Assembly (NCBI GenBank): GCA_934317845.1
Contig: CAKRES010000005.1
Span: forward strand, 51,988 to 115,987
Direction of reading: 5' to 3'
Length of the DNA stretch: 64,000 nucleotides
Source: an uncultured Lachnospiraceae bacterium
GTDB taxonomy: Bacteria; Bacillota; Clostridia; Lachnospirales; Lachnospiraceae
Shown piece after piece: positions 51,760-61,565 of this stretch (the stretch's first letter is position 1; every line of letters begins with the position of its first letter). The notes beneath the pieces are model-generated. The model ran no database searches, had not been told where the DNA came from, and saw only the letters and a list, made by a program, of their open reading frames with translations. The translations under genes and the position numbers were made by a program.

Positions 51760-53004
51760 TTAACTTCTATAATCGCCATTGATCTTAACATAATCATAGG
51801 TCAGATCACAGCCCCATGCTTTTGCCGCTGCCTCTCCCTGATGCAGATCGATCTTTGTTACGATCTCTTCCTCTGCCAGGATCTTTGCAGCTTCTTCCTC
51901 CGAAAATGCAACACCGGCTCCATGTTCACAGACTAATACACTGCCTGCTTCTGATTCCAATGATACGGAAACCAGATTGATATCAAATTCTGCCGGAGCA
52001 TAACCAATCGCACAGAGCACGCGTCCCCAGTTGGCATCCTCTCCGAAGATTGCACACTTATAAAGCATAGAACCCGCCACACTTTTCGCTACCGTGATCG
52101 CACTCTCCAGATCCTTTGCCCCGCTCACTTCTACCTCTAAAAGCTTGCTGGCACCTTCTCCATCCTTTGCCAGCATCCGGGTCATATTGCTCATTACAAT
52201 GTAAAGAGCCTGTTTAAATATTTCATAATCGGAACCTTCCTCCGTGATCTTGGCATTTCCGCTAAGGCCATTTGCCATCACACTCACCATATCGTTGGTG
52301 GAAGTATCTCCGTCGATCGTCAGACAGTTATAGGTTACCTTTACAATCTCAGATAATGCTTTCTGGATCAGTTCTTCGGAAATCGCCACGTCTGATGTGA
52401 CAAAATTAAGCGTTGTTGCCATGTTTGGATGGATCATTCCGCTTCCCTTTGCCATACCGCCCAAATGACAGGTACAGCCACTAATCGTAAAGGAAACTGC
52501 AACCTCCTTCGGAACAGTATCCGTTGTCATGATCGCATTGGCTGCCTTTTTGTGTCCTTCTACACAAAGACCGTCCGCCAGCGTTTTCATAGATGCCGCA
52601 AATGGATCCATAGACATCGGCTGTCCGATCACTCCGGTCGATGCAACGATCACTTCCTCCGGTTTGATCTTAAGTGTCTCTGCCACAAGCTCACAGACAC
52701 CATTGGCAATCTCTAGGCCGTTGGCATTACAGGTGTTGGCATTTTTGGAATTGGCTACGATTGCCTTTGCCCGATTGCCGGATCGTTTTAAGTTCTCCTT
52801 TGTCACAAGGATCGGAGCACCCTTCACCTTATTGGTCGTATATACGGCTGCTGCCGCACAAGGGGCTTCACTATATACTAAGCAGAGATCATTTTTCTTT
52901 TTGTCCGGATTCAATCCGCAATTGACGCCGTTTGCCACAAATCCCTTTGCCGCACATACCCCGCCGTCCACATAGGTATATCCTTCATATTCCTGCATCT
53001 TCAT
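51760..53004 (-). CDS. argJ: bifunctional glutamate N-acetyltransferase / amino-acid acetyltransferase
   Basis: ArgJ self-cleavage site region (ATML context) and overall ArgJ family similarity, 414 aa. Confidence 0.85.
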   Translation of the reverse strand: MKMQEYEGYTYVDGGVCAAKGFVANGVNCGLNPDKKKNDLCLVYSEAPCAAAAVYTTNKVKGAPILVTKENLKRSGNRAKAIVANSKNANTCNANGLEIANGVCELVAETLKIKPEEVIVASTGVIGQPMSMDPFAASMKTLADGLCVEGHKKAANAIMTTDTVPKEVAVSFTISGCTCHLGGMAKGSGMIHPNMATTLNFVTSDVAISEELIQKALSEIVKVTYNCLTIDGDTSTNDMVSVMANGLSGNAKITEEGSDYEIFKQALYIVMSNMTRMLAKDGEGASKLLEVEVSGAKDLESAITVAKSVAGSMLYKCAIFGEDANWGRVLCAIGYAPAEFDINLVSVSLESEAGSVLVCEHGAGVAFSEEEAAKILAEEEIVTKIDLHQGEAAAKAWGCDLTYDYVKINGDYRS

Positions 53005-53075
53005 TTTATTGTCCTCCTAACCATGTCACTTCATACCACCTAATATACTACTTTTTTCTTTGCTTGTCACTGCCC

Positions 53076-54185
53076 TTATTTCAGCCAGATAAAATTGTCA
53101 TCCGTACTGAAAAAGTCCATGTTGTAAAGCAGTATCACATCATCATATCCCTCATCTTTGATCTTCTTTTTTAAATCTTCCTTGTAATAACGAAGGTCAC
53201 ATACCTCGATCGTATCATAGTGATCTGCTAAAAATGGAAGCAGAGCATGGCTATAGGAATCTTTAAGCACCAATGCCTTTTTGCCTGTGCCTGCATTGCT
53301 CCTGATCGTTAAAAACGGATGATTGCCATCTAAGAAATAGGTGTATTTGTCCTTCGTATAAAGTCTGGACGGAACAAACAAGGAATTGATATGACTGCCA
53401 TCCTCGAACGTCACCCGGTAAGCCCCAAATAAATTCGTAAAGACTTCAATGGAGTCCTTCTTTTTTATGGAAAGCGGTGCCTTGGAGTAAAGGGAGCCCA
53501 AAAAGGAATCACTCTTGCTGCTCTCCTCGTAAAAGGACAACGGATGCGGCGTCTCATTCCATGCCTTTAACAGTGCCTTGTAACCATAGTATGCGCCCCG
53601 CATCGTCCAGTGATGATCGGTTTTAAAATAAATGTATTCCTCTTTGTGTGCCGTCAGAAGTGAGGTTGGGTCTACCAGCTTCGCATTCTTTATTCCATTT
53701 TCTACCTTTTCTCTGTCCTTTTTGGCAGACGACATCACGACATGAGATGGAAGCTCCTCCGGATATATGCTCTGTACATTCGGTGCAAGCAGGAACGTGA
53801 CACGGGTCTGTCCCTTGATCTCTTTTGCAAAGGCATCTACAAACTGGATGTTCTTTTGCAATGTTTCTTCATCCGGTTCATATTTTTTGATATAGCGGCC
53901 GTTCTTTCCAAAGTAAACACCGCCGCTTTCCTTTTTATTCATCCATTTTTCCATCGTGGTCTTTGCTACAATAAACAGATCCTTTCCTGCGATCTGATCT
54001 GCCATGTATTCCTCCACCTCATCCATATATGTACCATCCTTGATGGAAGAAAGCGTTAGCTTTGGAGCCTGCTTTAAATAACGGTTTTCCATAGCAGAAT
54101 ACTGTCTTGGACGCAGCAAAAGAGATGCGGTCAAAAAGGAGACAAGTATTGTTAGAAAGAAAAATGCAATTACTCTGTTTTTCAT
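53076..54185 (-). CDS. DHHW-family protein (MBOAT partner)
   Basis: N-terminal TM anchor and DHHW motif (FKTDHHWT); directly downstream of an MBOAT gene. Confidence 0.7.
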   Translation of the reverse strand: MKNRVIAFFFLTILVSFLTASLLLRPRQYSAMENRYLKQAPKLTLSSIKDGTYMDEVEEYMADQIAGKDLFIVAKTTMEKWMNKKESGGVYFGKNGRYIKKYEPDEETLQKNIQFVDAFAKEIKGQTRVTFLLAPNVQSIYPEELPSHVVMSSAKKDREKVENGIKNAKLVDPTSLLTAHKEEYIYFKTDHHWTMRGAYYGYKALLKAWNETPHPLSFYEESSKSDSFLGSLYSKAPLSIKKKDSIEVFTNLFGAYRVTFEDGSHINSLFVPSRLYTKDKYTYFLDGNHPFLTIRSNAGTGKKALVLKDSYSHALLPFLADHYDTIEVCDLRYYKEDLKKKIKDEGYDDVILLYNMDFFSTDDNFIWLK

Positions 54186-54203
54186 ATCAGAAGTCCCCTT
54201 TCA

Positions 54204-55628
54204 TCAGAATCGGAAATATAAAAACGGATTAAAGCTGGCACTGACCAGATACGCAACACAGAGGAAAAACAGTCCAAAGAGCAGCACGATCTGCACTCCG
54301 CCAAAAAATACGGAACGTTCCCGTTTCCCTGTTGCAAAGAAAAAGTCTGCCAGATTTTTCGGCACATTGGTCGCACCGACCGCCGCCACGATAAACAGGA
54401 TCGCATAGGAAGTCAGATAATAGAGCGCATTCTCATTTACAAATGCAAGGGAAGCGCATCCAAACATGCCCTTTATACTGTGAAAAAAGTCTCCCATATC
54501 CGAAGCTGCAAACATCGTCCAGCTGATGACAACCAGAACCATGGCATAAATCCGTCCTACAAACTTTGGTAGCTTTTGAAGCAATTTTAGCAGACATACT
54601 TTTTCCAGGATCAGCCATACGCAGAAATAAAGTCCCCATCCGACAAATGTCCACTGTGCCCCATGCCAGATTCCGGTCAGCAGCCATACAATGATGATAT
54701 TGCGGTACTGCTTCCATTTTCCTGCCCGGTTTCCACCGAGGGGGATGTACACATAGTCACGGAACCACGAGCTTAAGGAAATATGCCATCTGCGCCAGAA
54801 TTCTGTAATGCTTGCCGACATGTACGGATAGTTAAAGTTCTCCAGAAAATGAAATCCAAACATGCGGCCCAGTCCGATCGCCATATCAGAATAACCCGAA
54901 AAATCATAGTAGATCTGGAAGGTATAAGAAACTGCCGCCAGCCATAAGAGTAACACAGACTGCTGGTCATCCGGCAGGGCATGTACGGTATCATAAAGCT
55001 GTCCGATCGTATTGGCGATCAGCACCTTTTTTCCAAGTCCCACAATAAAACGACGTGCGCCGAGTGCAAATTCATCAATACTCTCCACCCGGTGGGCAAG
55101 CTCCTTTTCCACTGTCTCATATCGGACGATCGGGCCGGCGATCAACTGTGGAAACAAGGATACATAAGCAGCTAAATGGATCACATTTTTCTGCACGGCA
55201 ACCTTTCCGGCATACACATCGATCACATACGATAAGATCTGGAACGTGTAAAAGGAAATACCGATAGGCAGTGCGATATTGGCCAGCGGAAGGTGGGTAT
55301 GAAACAGATGGTTCGCATTTTCCAATAGAAAATCCGTATATTTAAAAACTACAAGCAGACCGATATGTACGAAAATACTGCATATCAGCCAAAGCTTGGC
55401 CGCTCCCGGATCGTTCTCCTTCTTTTTCCGGTCGATCAAACGTCCCATCCCGTAGGAAAACAGAATGGAAAAGATCATCAAAAACAAATATACCGGCTCT
55501 CCCCACGCATAAAAAAAGAGACTTGCGATCACCAGTACCAGGTTACGTGCCTTTCCTTTTACTGCAAAATAGGCAAGCAATACGATCGGCAAAAACAGAA
55601 ATAAAAATACGACACTACTAAATACCAT
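54204..55628 (-). CDS. MBOAT-family membrane O-acyltransferase (AlgI/DltB-like)
   Basis: multi-pass membrane protein with conserved His block WRRWHISLSSWFRDYVYIPLGG, 474 aa. Confidence 0.8.
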   Translation of the reverse strand: MVFSSVVFLFLFLPIVLLAYFAVKGKARNLVLVIASLFFYAWGEPVYLFLMIFSILFSYGMGRLIDRKKKENDPGAAKLWLICSIFVHIGLLVVFKYTDFLLENANHLFHTHLPLANIALPIGISFYTFQILSYVIDVYAGKVAVQKNVIHLAAYVSLFPQLIAGPIVRYETVEKELAHRVESIDEFALGARRFIVGLGKKVLIANTIGQLYDTVHALPDDQQSVLLLWLAAVSYTFQIYYDFSGYSDMAIGLGRMFGFHFLENFNYPYMSASITEFWRRWHISLSSWFRDYVYIPLGGNRAGKWKQYRNIIIVWLLTGIWHGAQWTFVGWGLYFCVWLILEKVCLLKLLQKLPKFVGRIYAMVLVVISWTMFAASDMGDFFHSIKGMFGCASLAFVNENALYYLTSYAILFIVAAVGATNVPKNLADFFFATGKRERSVFFGGVQIVLLFGLFFLCVAYLVSASFNPFLYFRF

Positions 55629-55717
55629 ATGACTTCTTCCTTCACATCCAACTATTCGACATCATTCTCTCTTACTGTACAACAAGACTACCGCAAAAAG
55701 CAAGAACAGTTTTGGTT

Positions 55718-57709
55718 TTATGAGAGGGCAAGATATCCATTCTCCAACGCATACGCAAGGTGAAACGTTTTGGTCTCCCCGCTCTCCTTAAAATAAATGC
55801 TGACACGCTTGGCATCTGCATACGTGATCGTTCCCTCTCCATAAATCTTATGAATAACATCACGTCCTACCGTAAAGCAGCGGCGGTCGTATTCCAATTC
55901 ACTGACAAAGCGGGAGGCGGTCGCTGTTTTGTTAAAGATCTTGTTGACCACATAGATCGTCAGATGCTGTTTTGCCCTCGTCATTGCCACATAAAACATC
56001 CGGCGTTCTTCCTCGATCTCCTCTTCCTTTACTGCCTTTTTGTGTGGAGTGATCCCCTCACAGGCATCCATAATAAATACGGCATCATATTCCAGTCCCT
56101 TGCTCTGATGCATGGTGCTTAACACCACCGCATCCTCTTTATCCGTTAAATGTCTGGATGCTTTTAACTGTTCTTTGTATTCCTGCATATGTAAAAACCA
56201 GTCTTCATAGGTACGATACTCTTTTGCCGACTCCTGCACCTCTTCCAATATATCAAACAATTCTTCCTCATTCATGCGGCGTTCTTTCGCATATTCTCTG
56301 ATATAATCATCGTACCCGATGCCTTTTCTGATGTAATTGACTGCAGCATAGGGAGCCATCTTCTTTAGCAGACTGATCTGTCCGGCAAAGTTCTCCAGAC
56401 GTTCTACCATCCAGTCACGATTTGCCACTTTCATTTTCAGCCGCTCAAAATCCACAATATCCTGGTCCAGCAGATCCCGGCTGATATAACGGTTCGGGCG
56501 GTTCATCACGGTCAAAAACAATGAGCGGCGCATATCACCTAACCCCATCCGGATATAGTTTAAAATATTGACACAGATCCAGTGGTCATAAAGATTAAAC
56601 ATCCCGTCCTTCATGCAAAACGGAATGTTATACTGATGCAGCCGCTCGGTGAGCATACGTGGCTGCAGATTCGTGCGGAATAATACCGCCATATCCTTAT
56701 AGAGCATGCCGGCGGCATTGTACTGCTTGATCTTTTCGATCAGATCGAGATGCTCCTGCTTCTGTGTATCAAAACGCAGCACAGACACCTCTTCCCCACT
56801 GCCACTGTTTGCCACCACTTCTTTTTCGTAACGTTCCTTATTATTGATGATCACGCGACCGGCAGCAGCCATGATCTCCTCGCTGGAGCGGTAATTGACT
56901 CCAAGAAGTACCTTTTTGGCATTTGGATAATCATCTGTAAAATGAAGCATGATCTCCGGTCTTGCCCCACGGAACCGATAGATCGACTGGTCATCGTCCC
57001 CGACAATAAACAGATTATCCTCCGGTCTGGCAAGCATTTTCACGATCTCGTACTGTAACTGATTGATGTCCTGAAACTCATCAATCAATATGTAGCGAAA
57101 CTTCTTCTGCCACATTGCTAAAATATCCGGACGTTCCTTTAATAAGGTATAGCAATAGCTCTGCATATCATCAAAATCGATCAGATTGGCCTGCTGGCAC
57201 CGACGGCAGTACCCTTCATAAATACGCCGGAACACATCATCGGAGCAGCTGGTGCTGTAATAGTTGGAAACCTCCATCATTTCCCCTTTGACAAGAGAAA
57301 TCTCCGCTAAGATCTCCTGAATGAAATCCGCCTCGTCCGACAGATCGAGATCTTCCTTTTGCACCAGCTCCCTGATGTATTGATATTTGATCTCTTCCTT
57401 TATGATGTTTGCAGGTGTGTAGTGATATGCCTGTTTTAAGATCCAGAAAAAAACGGAGTGAAAAGTGCCAAAGGTCGCAGCGGTGTGCGCCCCTCCCATC
57501 AAAGTTTCAAACCGTGCTTTCATTTCATTTGCAGCCGCTCTGGTAAATGTGATCACTAAGATCTGTCCGGGATGAATCCCATACTGCTCGATCAGATAGC
57601 GGGTGCGCTCTGTGATCACCGATGTTTTTCCGGAGCCCGGAGCGGCAAGGCAGAGAAATGGCCCCTTGTCGTGTGCAATTGCCTGTTTTTGTTCCTTTGT
57701 ATATTCCAT
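55718..57709 (-). CDS. UvrD/PcrA-family ATP-dependent DNA helicase
   Basis: Walker A AAPGSGKTSV, UvrD motifs; start set at MEYTKEQ (GGAAAGG RBS) rather than the upstream ATG of the ORF track; short (~660 aa) with a distinct ~80-aa C-terminal domain. Confidence 0.8.
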   Translation of the reverse strand: MEYTKEQKQAIAHDKGPFLCLAAPGSGKTSVITERTRYLIEQYGIHPGQILVITFTRAAANEMKARFETLMGGAHTAATFGTFHSVFFWILKQAYHYTPANIIKEEIKYQYIRELVQKEDLDLSDEADFIQEILAEISLVKGEMMEVSNYYSTSCSDDVFRRIYEGYCRRCQQANLIDFDDMQSYCYTLLKERPDILAMWQKKFRYILIDEFQDINQLQYEIVKMLARPEDNLFIVGDDDQSIYRFRGARPEIMLHFTDDYPNAKKVLLGVNYRSSEEIMAAAGRVIINNKERYEKEVVANSGSGEEVSVLRFDTQKQEHLDLIEKIKQYNAAGMLYKDMAVLFRTNLQPRMLTERLHQYNIPFCMKDGMFNLYDHWICVNILNYIRMGLGDMRRSLFLTVMNRPNRYISRDLLDQDIVDFERLKMKVANRDWMVERLENFAGQISLLKKMAPYAAVNYIRKGIGYDDYIREYAKERRMNEEELFDILEEVQESAKEYRTYEDWFLHMQEYKEQLKASRHLTDKEDAVVLSTMHQSKGLEYDAVFIMDACEGITPHKKAVKEEEIEEERRMFYVAMTRAKQHLTIYVVNKIFNKTATASRFVSELEYDRRCFTVGRDVIHKIYGEGTITYADAKRVSIYFKESGETKTFHLAYALENGYLALS

Positions 57710-57833
57710 GAAACAACCTTTCCATATTGTCATATTTTCCGCGCCTATTATAGCACGAAACACTGCATTTTGAAATTTTCTTATCACCGTATTTTGTTTT
57801 TTCTATTTTTTCATGGCATCGTCTTTTTGTTCA

Positions 57834-57842
57834 TGCTATAAT
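57834..57842 (+). promoter_or_regulatory. extended -10 promoter (TGcTATAAT) of xpt-pbuX
   Basis: TGCTATAAT ~38 nt upstream of the xpt ATG; no room for a purine riboswitch. Confidence 0.45.
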
Positions 57843-57879
57843 CAGAGATATTTTGTATGAAGGAAAGGCAGGAAACAGG

Positions 57880-58461
57880 ATGAACTTTTTAGAAGAACGT
57901 ATTCAAAAAGACGGAATTGTAAAGGAAGGAAATGTATTAAAGGTAGACAGCTTTTTAAACCACCAGATGGATATTCATTTGTTTGATGAAATGGGAGCGG
58001 AATGGAAACGCCGTTTTCATGACAAACCGATCAATAAGATCTTAACGATCGAGGCATCCGGCATTGGCATCGCCTGTATTGCAGCCAGACATTTTGATGT
58101 TCCGGTGGTCTTTGCGAAAAAGTCAAAGAGCATCAATATTGAAGGAGATATGTATGTTGCAGAGGTAGAATCCTTCACCCACAAATGCAAAAATCAGGTG
58201 ATCGTATCCAAAAAGTTTTTAAGCCCAAACGATCACGTCCTGATCATTGACGACTTTTTGGCAAATGGATGTGCCCTGCAGGGATTGATCTCGATCATTA
58301 CAGAAGCCGGAGCCAGCATAGAAGGCATCGGTATTGCTGTAGAAAAGGGCTTTCAGATGGGTGGCCGTACGATCCGAAACCTCGGCTATCCGTTAGAGTC
58401 GCTTGCCATTGTAGAAAGCATGGATGCCGCATCCGGCACCATCACGTTTCGGGAACAGTAA
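57880..58461 (+). CDS. xpt: xanthine phosphoribosyltransferase
   Basis: PRTase motif [11 protein letters not shown] and Xpt family similarity throughout; start at MNFLEER with AGGAAA RBS. Confidence 0.88.
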   Translation: MNFLEERIQKDGIVKEGNVLKVDSFLNHQMDIHLFDEMGAEWKRRFHDKPINKILTIEASGIGIACIAARHFDVPVVFAKKSKSINIEGDMYVAEVESFTHKCKNQVIVSKKFLSPNDHVLIIDDFLANGCALQGLISIITEAGASIEGIGIAVEKGFQMGGRTIRNLGYPLESLAIVESMDAASGTITFREQ

Positions 58462-58488
58462 GAGAACTAATACAAGGGAGGAACTCAC

Positions 58489-59817
58489 ATGAGTACAAAA
58501 CATACGACAAGCGTAGAAAACATTTATCAGTTAGATGGCAGGGTGCCTGTTTCCCGTGCCATTCCATTTGGATTACAGCATATCCTGGCCATGTTTGTTG
58601 CCAATATGGCACCGATCATCATCGTTGCAGGAGCCAGCGGTGTCTCCGGAAGTAAACTTGCCATGCTCATTCAAAGTGCCATGCTCATCGCCGGGATCGG
58701 TACACTGATCCAGCTATTCCCGATCGGGCGGGTAGGTTCCGGACTTCCGATCGTCATGGGAATCAGCTTTACCTTTGTTTCCATTTTCTGTTACATCGGA
58801 GTCAATTATGGTTACGGTGCGATCATGGGCGCCGTTTTGATCGGCGGTCTGATAGAAGGTATTCTCGGTCTGTTTGCCAAATACTGGATGAAGCTGATCG
58901 CTCCGATCGTTTCCGCAAGTGTAGTAACAGCCATTGGATTTTCCCTTCTTTCTGTCGGTTCGACTTCCTTTGGAGGCGGAAGCGGCAGTGAAGATTTTGG
59001 TTCTGCCAAAAACTGGATCCTCGGAAGTGTTACCTTACTATGCTGCATCTTATTTCACATTTTTGCCAAATCCTATTTCAAGCAGCTCTCCGTATTGTTT
59101 GGACTGATCGTTGGCTATCTGATCGCAATTCCGATGGGGATGGTGGATTTCTCCTCCCTCTCCGGCACATCTGTGATCGCTCTGCCACATCTTTTGCCAT
59201 TTAAAATGGAATTCCATCCGAATGCGATCCTTTCCGCTGTACTGATCTTTTTAGTCTCTGCCACTGAAACGATCGGAGATACCGAAGCACTTGCCAACTC
59301 CGGTTTAAACCGCAGTGCCTCCACCAAAGAGATCTCCGGCTCCTTAGCCTGTGACGGTTTCATCAGCTCACTATCTTCCCTGTTTGGTTGTCTTCCGATC
59401 ACTTCGTTCAGCCAGAACGTCGGACTGGTTGCCATGACCAAGGTCGTCAACCGTTTTACAATCGCAACCGGAGCCATCATTATGATCTTAGCAGGAATTT
59501 TCCCTATCTTTGGTTCCGTGCTTGCCACACTGCCGGATGCCGTACTCGGCGGATGTACGATCATGATGTTTGGAACGATCGTTGTCAGTGGTCTGCAAAT
59601 GATCGGAAAATGTGGCTACTCACAGCGCAACATTACGATCGTTGCCCTGTCTTTAAGTATCGGCATCGGCTTCACCCAGGTACCGGATCTGTTTGCTATC
59701 TTTCCAAAGATCATCGAAACCGTGTTTGCAGAAAACTGTGTTGCAGTTGTCTTTCTGGTAGCAGTCCTTTTAAATCTGGTATTACCGAAAAACATGGACG
59801 TAGAAAAGAAAAATTAA
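58489..59817 (+). CDS. pbuX: xanthine permease (NCS2 family)
   Basis: 12-14 TM, NCS2 signature region; immediately downstream of xpt. Confidence 0.88.
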   Translation: MSTKHTTSVENIYQLDGRVPVSRAIPFGLQHILAMFVANMAPIIIVAGASGVSGSKLAMLIQSAMLIAGIGTLIQLFPIGRVGSGLPIVMGISFTFVSIFCYIGVNYGYGAIMGAVLIGGLIEGILGLFAKYWMKLIAPIVSASVVTAIGFSLLSVGSTSFGGGSGSEDFGSAKNWILGSVTLLCCILFHIFAKSYFKQLSVLFGLIVGYLIAIPMGMVDFSSLSGTSVIALPHLLPFKMEFHPNAILSAVLIFLVSATETIGDTEALANSGLNRSASTKEISGSLACDGFISSLSSLFGCLPITSFSQNVGLVAMTKVVNRFTIATGAIIMILAGIFPIFGSVLATLPDAVLGGCTIMMFGTIVVSGLQMIGKCGYSQRNITIVALSLSIGIGFTQVPDLFAIFPKIIETVFAENCVAVVFLVAVLLNLVLPKNMDVEKKN

Positions 59818-59843
59818 CCGTTTTTAACAGACACCTAAAAATA

Positions 59844-59900
59844 AAAGTGTTCTTCTCCATACCGGGCAACTGCCTGATAAGGAGAGAACACTTTTGTTTT
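59844..59900. terminator. bidirectional intrinsic terminator between pbuX and the anti-sigma gene
   Basis: stem aaaagtgttcttctcc / ggagagaacactttt followed by TTGTTTTATTTT. Confidence 0.55.
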
Positions 59901-60603
59901 ATTTTACAGTAAAGGGACGGTATGTGGTTTTTTTGCCTGCTTTTTCCAGCACAAGGATCAGGTCTTTGTATCTTATGGTTTCATCACCTTCCGGCTCAAG
60001 CTTATAGGATAAATAGGAATCTGCTCCAATTTTGTAAGTTTCACTATGATCAGAAAGCCGGTGCGTTTCTGTTACATCCTCTAAAGTAAACTTCCACGAC
60101 AGCGTTTTATCATAATCGTCTACCTCTTTATAGCTGTCTTTCTTTACATCATATAAATATTTGATGCTTTCATCAGATTTGTAAAAACGCACATATTTTC
60201 CATCCGTTGATGCATCTACAAATACACAGGGATTTCCTTGTATCTGTGTCATCTGCAACGGTCTGAAATCGCAAAATCCAATGAGCTGTTCCTGTTTCAG
60301 ATCATACACCCAGATTCCGATGTAATCATACATAATGACCTGGTCTGCCCCATAATAAAGAATACTCGGCATCGTTGCTCCAAGCTGTATCTCTTCTTTT
60401 CCCTTTTCTGCTGCCACAGCTTTGTAAGAAGATCCTTTTTGAACATGTGGCATCACAAATGCAGCTACCACGAATAAAAATACCATACACGCTACAAGAG
60501 GGAACAGCTTTTTACTCCGTTTCTTTGGATTGCCGGTTCTTGCCTCAGCAATGTAATCCTCTCTGATCCCCTCCATCACTTCCAGAAGCTTCTCTTCTTT
60601 CAT
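59899..60603 (-). CDS. putative anti-sigma factor (single-pass membrane protein)
   Basis: 4-nt ATGA overlap with the upstream ECF sigma gene; short cytoplasmic N-terminus, one TM, ~170-aa extracytoplasmic domain of unknown fold. Confidence 0.55.
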   Translation of the reverse strand: MKEEKLLEVMEGIREDYIAEARTGNPKKRSKKLFPLVACMVFLFVVAAFVMPHVQKGSSYKAVAAEKGKEEIQLGATMPSILYYGADQVIMYDYIGIWVYDLKQEQLIGFCDFRPLQMTQIQGNPCVFVDASTDGKYVRFYKSDESIKYLYDVKKDSYKEVDDYDKTLSWKFTLEDVTETHRLSDHSETYKIGADSYLSYKLEPEGDETIRYKDLILVLEKAGKKTTYRPFTVK

Positions 60604-61160
60604 AGCTCATATCCCCTTTCTATCAGATAATCATGCAGTTTTTTTCTGATTCTCTTTAAGGTTACCGATACATGATTGGGTGTCATATCAAACCGCTGTG
60701 CAATGTCTTTTACGCTGTCTGCGTACCAGTATCGGCATACAAAGAGCTTTCTTTTTTCCTCTGGTAATTCCGTCAAAAAAGCATTGATACACTCTAACAG
60801 ATAGTTCTCCTCCCATTCTTCCTCCAGGTCTTTGGAACCGGAAAGCACCTCCTCAAGCTCCTCCAATACTAAGGGCAGTTGACCACCACCACGCTTTTTT
60901 CTCTTGTTTTTCTTATAACGGTTAATGGAAAGATTCCGGACAATTTTGCCAAGATAGGTAGAAAGCATTTGCGGTTTGTCCGGCGGGATCTTATTCCAGA
61001 GTACCAGCAAAGCATCATTTACACACTCCTTTGCATCTTCCCTGTTTCCTAATATATTTTCTGCAATCGTCATGCAATAGGAATCATATTTTTCTGCTGT
61101 GCTCAAGATTGCCTGTTCCTTACGTTCCCAATACATCTGTACGATTTTTTGATCCTCCAT
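60600..61160 (-). CDS. ECF-subfamily RNA polymerase sigma-70 factor
   Basis: sigma-70 region 2 and region 4 HTH (SVKDIAQRFDMTPNHVSVTLKRIRKKL); strong AAAGGAGGAAGG RBS. Confidence 0.85.
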   Translation of the reverse strand: MEDQKIVQMYWERKEQAILSTAEKYDSYCMTIAENILGNREDAKECVNDALLVLWNKIPPDKPQMLSTYLGKIVRNLSINRYKKNKRKKRGGGQLPLVLEELEEVLSGSKDLEEEWEENYLLECINAFLTELPEEKRKLFVCRYWYADSVKDIAQRFDMTPNHVSVTLKRIRKKLHDYLIERGYEL

Positions 61161-61354
61161 GCAACCTTCCTCCTTTCACCTTATTACACAACTTTAAGAG
61201 GAAAATGTGACATGGCATACTTAGTTTTTTTTAATTTGTATTTTCCTTTTCCGTGTCCAGACACGGGTTCAATTACATCTGCCTGAACTAAGTTGGTCAA
61301 AAAGTCTGTGAACATGAACCGTTGTTCTGATTGAAAAATCTTTCTCCTTCCTTA

Positions 61355-61400
61355 TACAAAAAAGCACCAAATGAATACTTGCGATCATCCGGTGCCAATT
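61355..61400 (-). terminator. intrinsic terminator ~350 nt downstream of leuC
   Basis: minus strand GGCACCGGATGA-10nt loop-TCATTTGGTGCT (12-bp stem with G-U pairs) followed by TTTTTTGTAT. Confidence 0.45.
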
Positions 61401-61565
61401 TTTCCTCAACTCATCCCACTATATCATTCCATCTCTGTTTCATTCCCTCATCTAAAAAATAACACAGTTTCAGCATAAAAACCTGTTTTCTAAAATTGAT
61501 CTGTTACCTGCGATTATCTAAAGTTTAATGCAGACAGTTTTTATCCACATTGACGAGTGCTTTCC

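Noticed and set aside
57710-57879. Expected guanine/purine riboswitch upstream of xpt-pbuX
   Set aside because: No P1/J1-2 consensus (UAUA…GGGnAUAUGGCCC…CCGUAAAU) can be found. The leader from the extended -10 to the ATG is only ~38 nt and the rest of the interval is the divergent helicase start region
61245-61275. tRNA-like T-loop motif gggttcaattac preceded by a 7-bp hairpin
   Set aside because: No acceptor stem, D-arm or anticodon arm can be built around it. The hairpin is not followed by a T-run on either strand, so it is neither a tRNA nor a terminator
61161-61350. Possible small ORFs (21 aa MLKLCYFLDEGMKQRWNDIVG; 43 aa MFTDFLTNLVQ…) between the leuC terminator and the ECF sigma
   Set aside because: No acceptable RBS at the right spacing. 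Composition is AT-rich, typical of promoter/leader DNA
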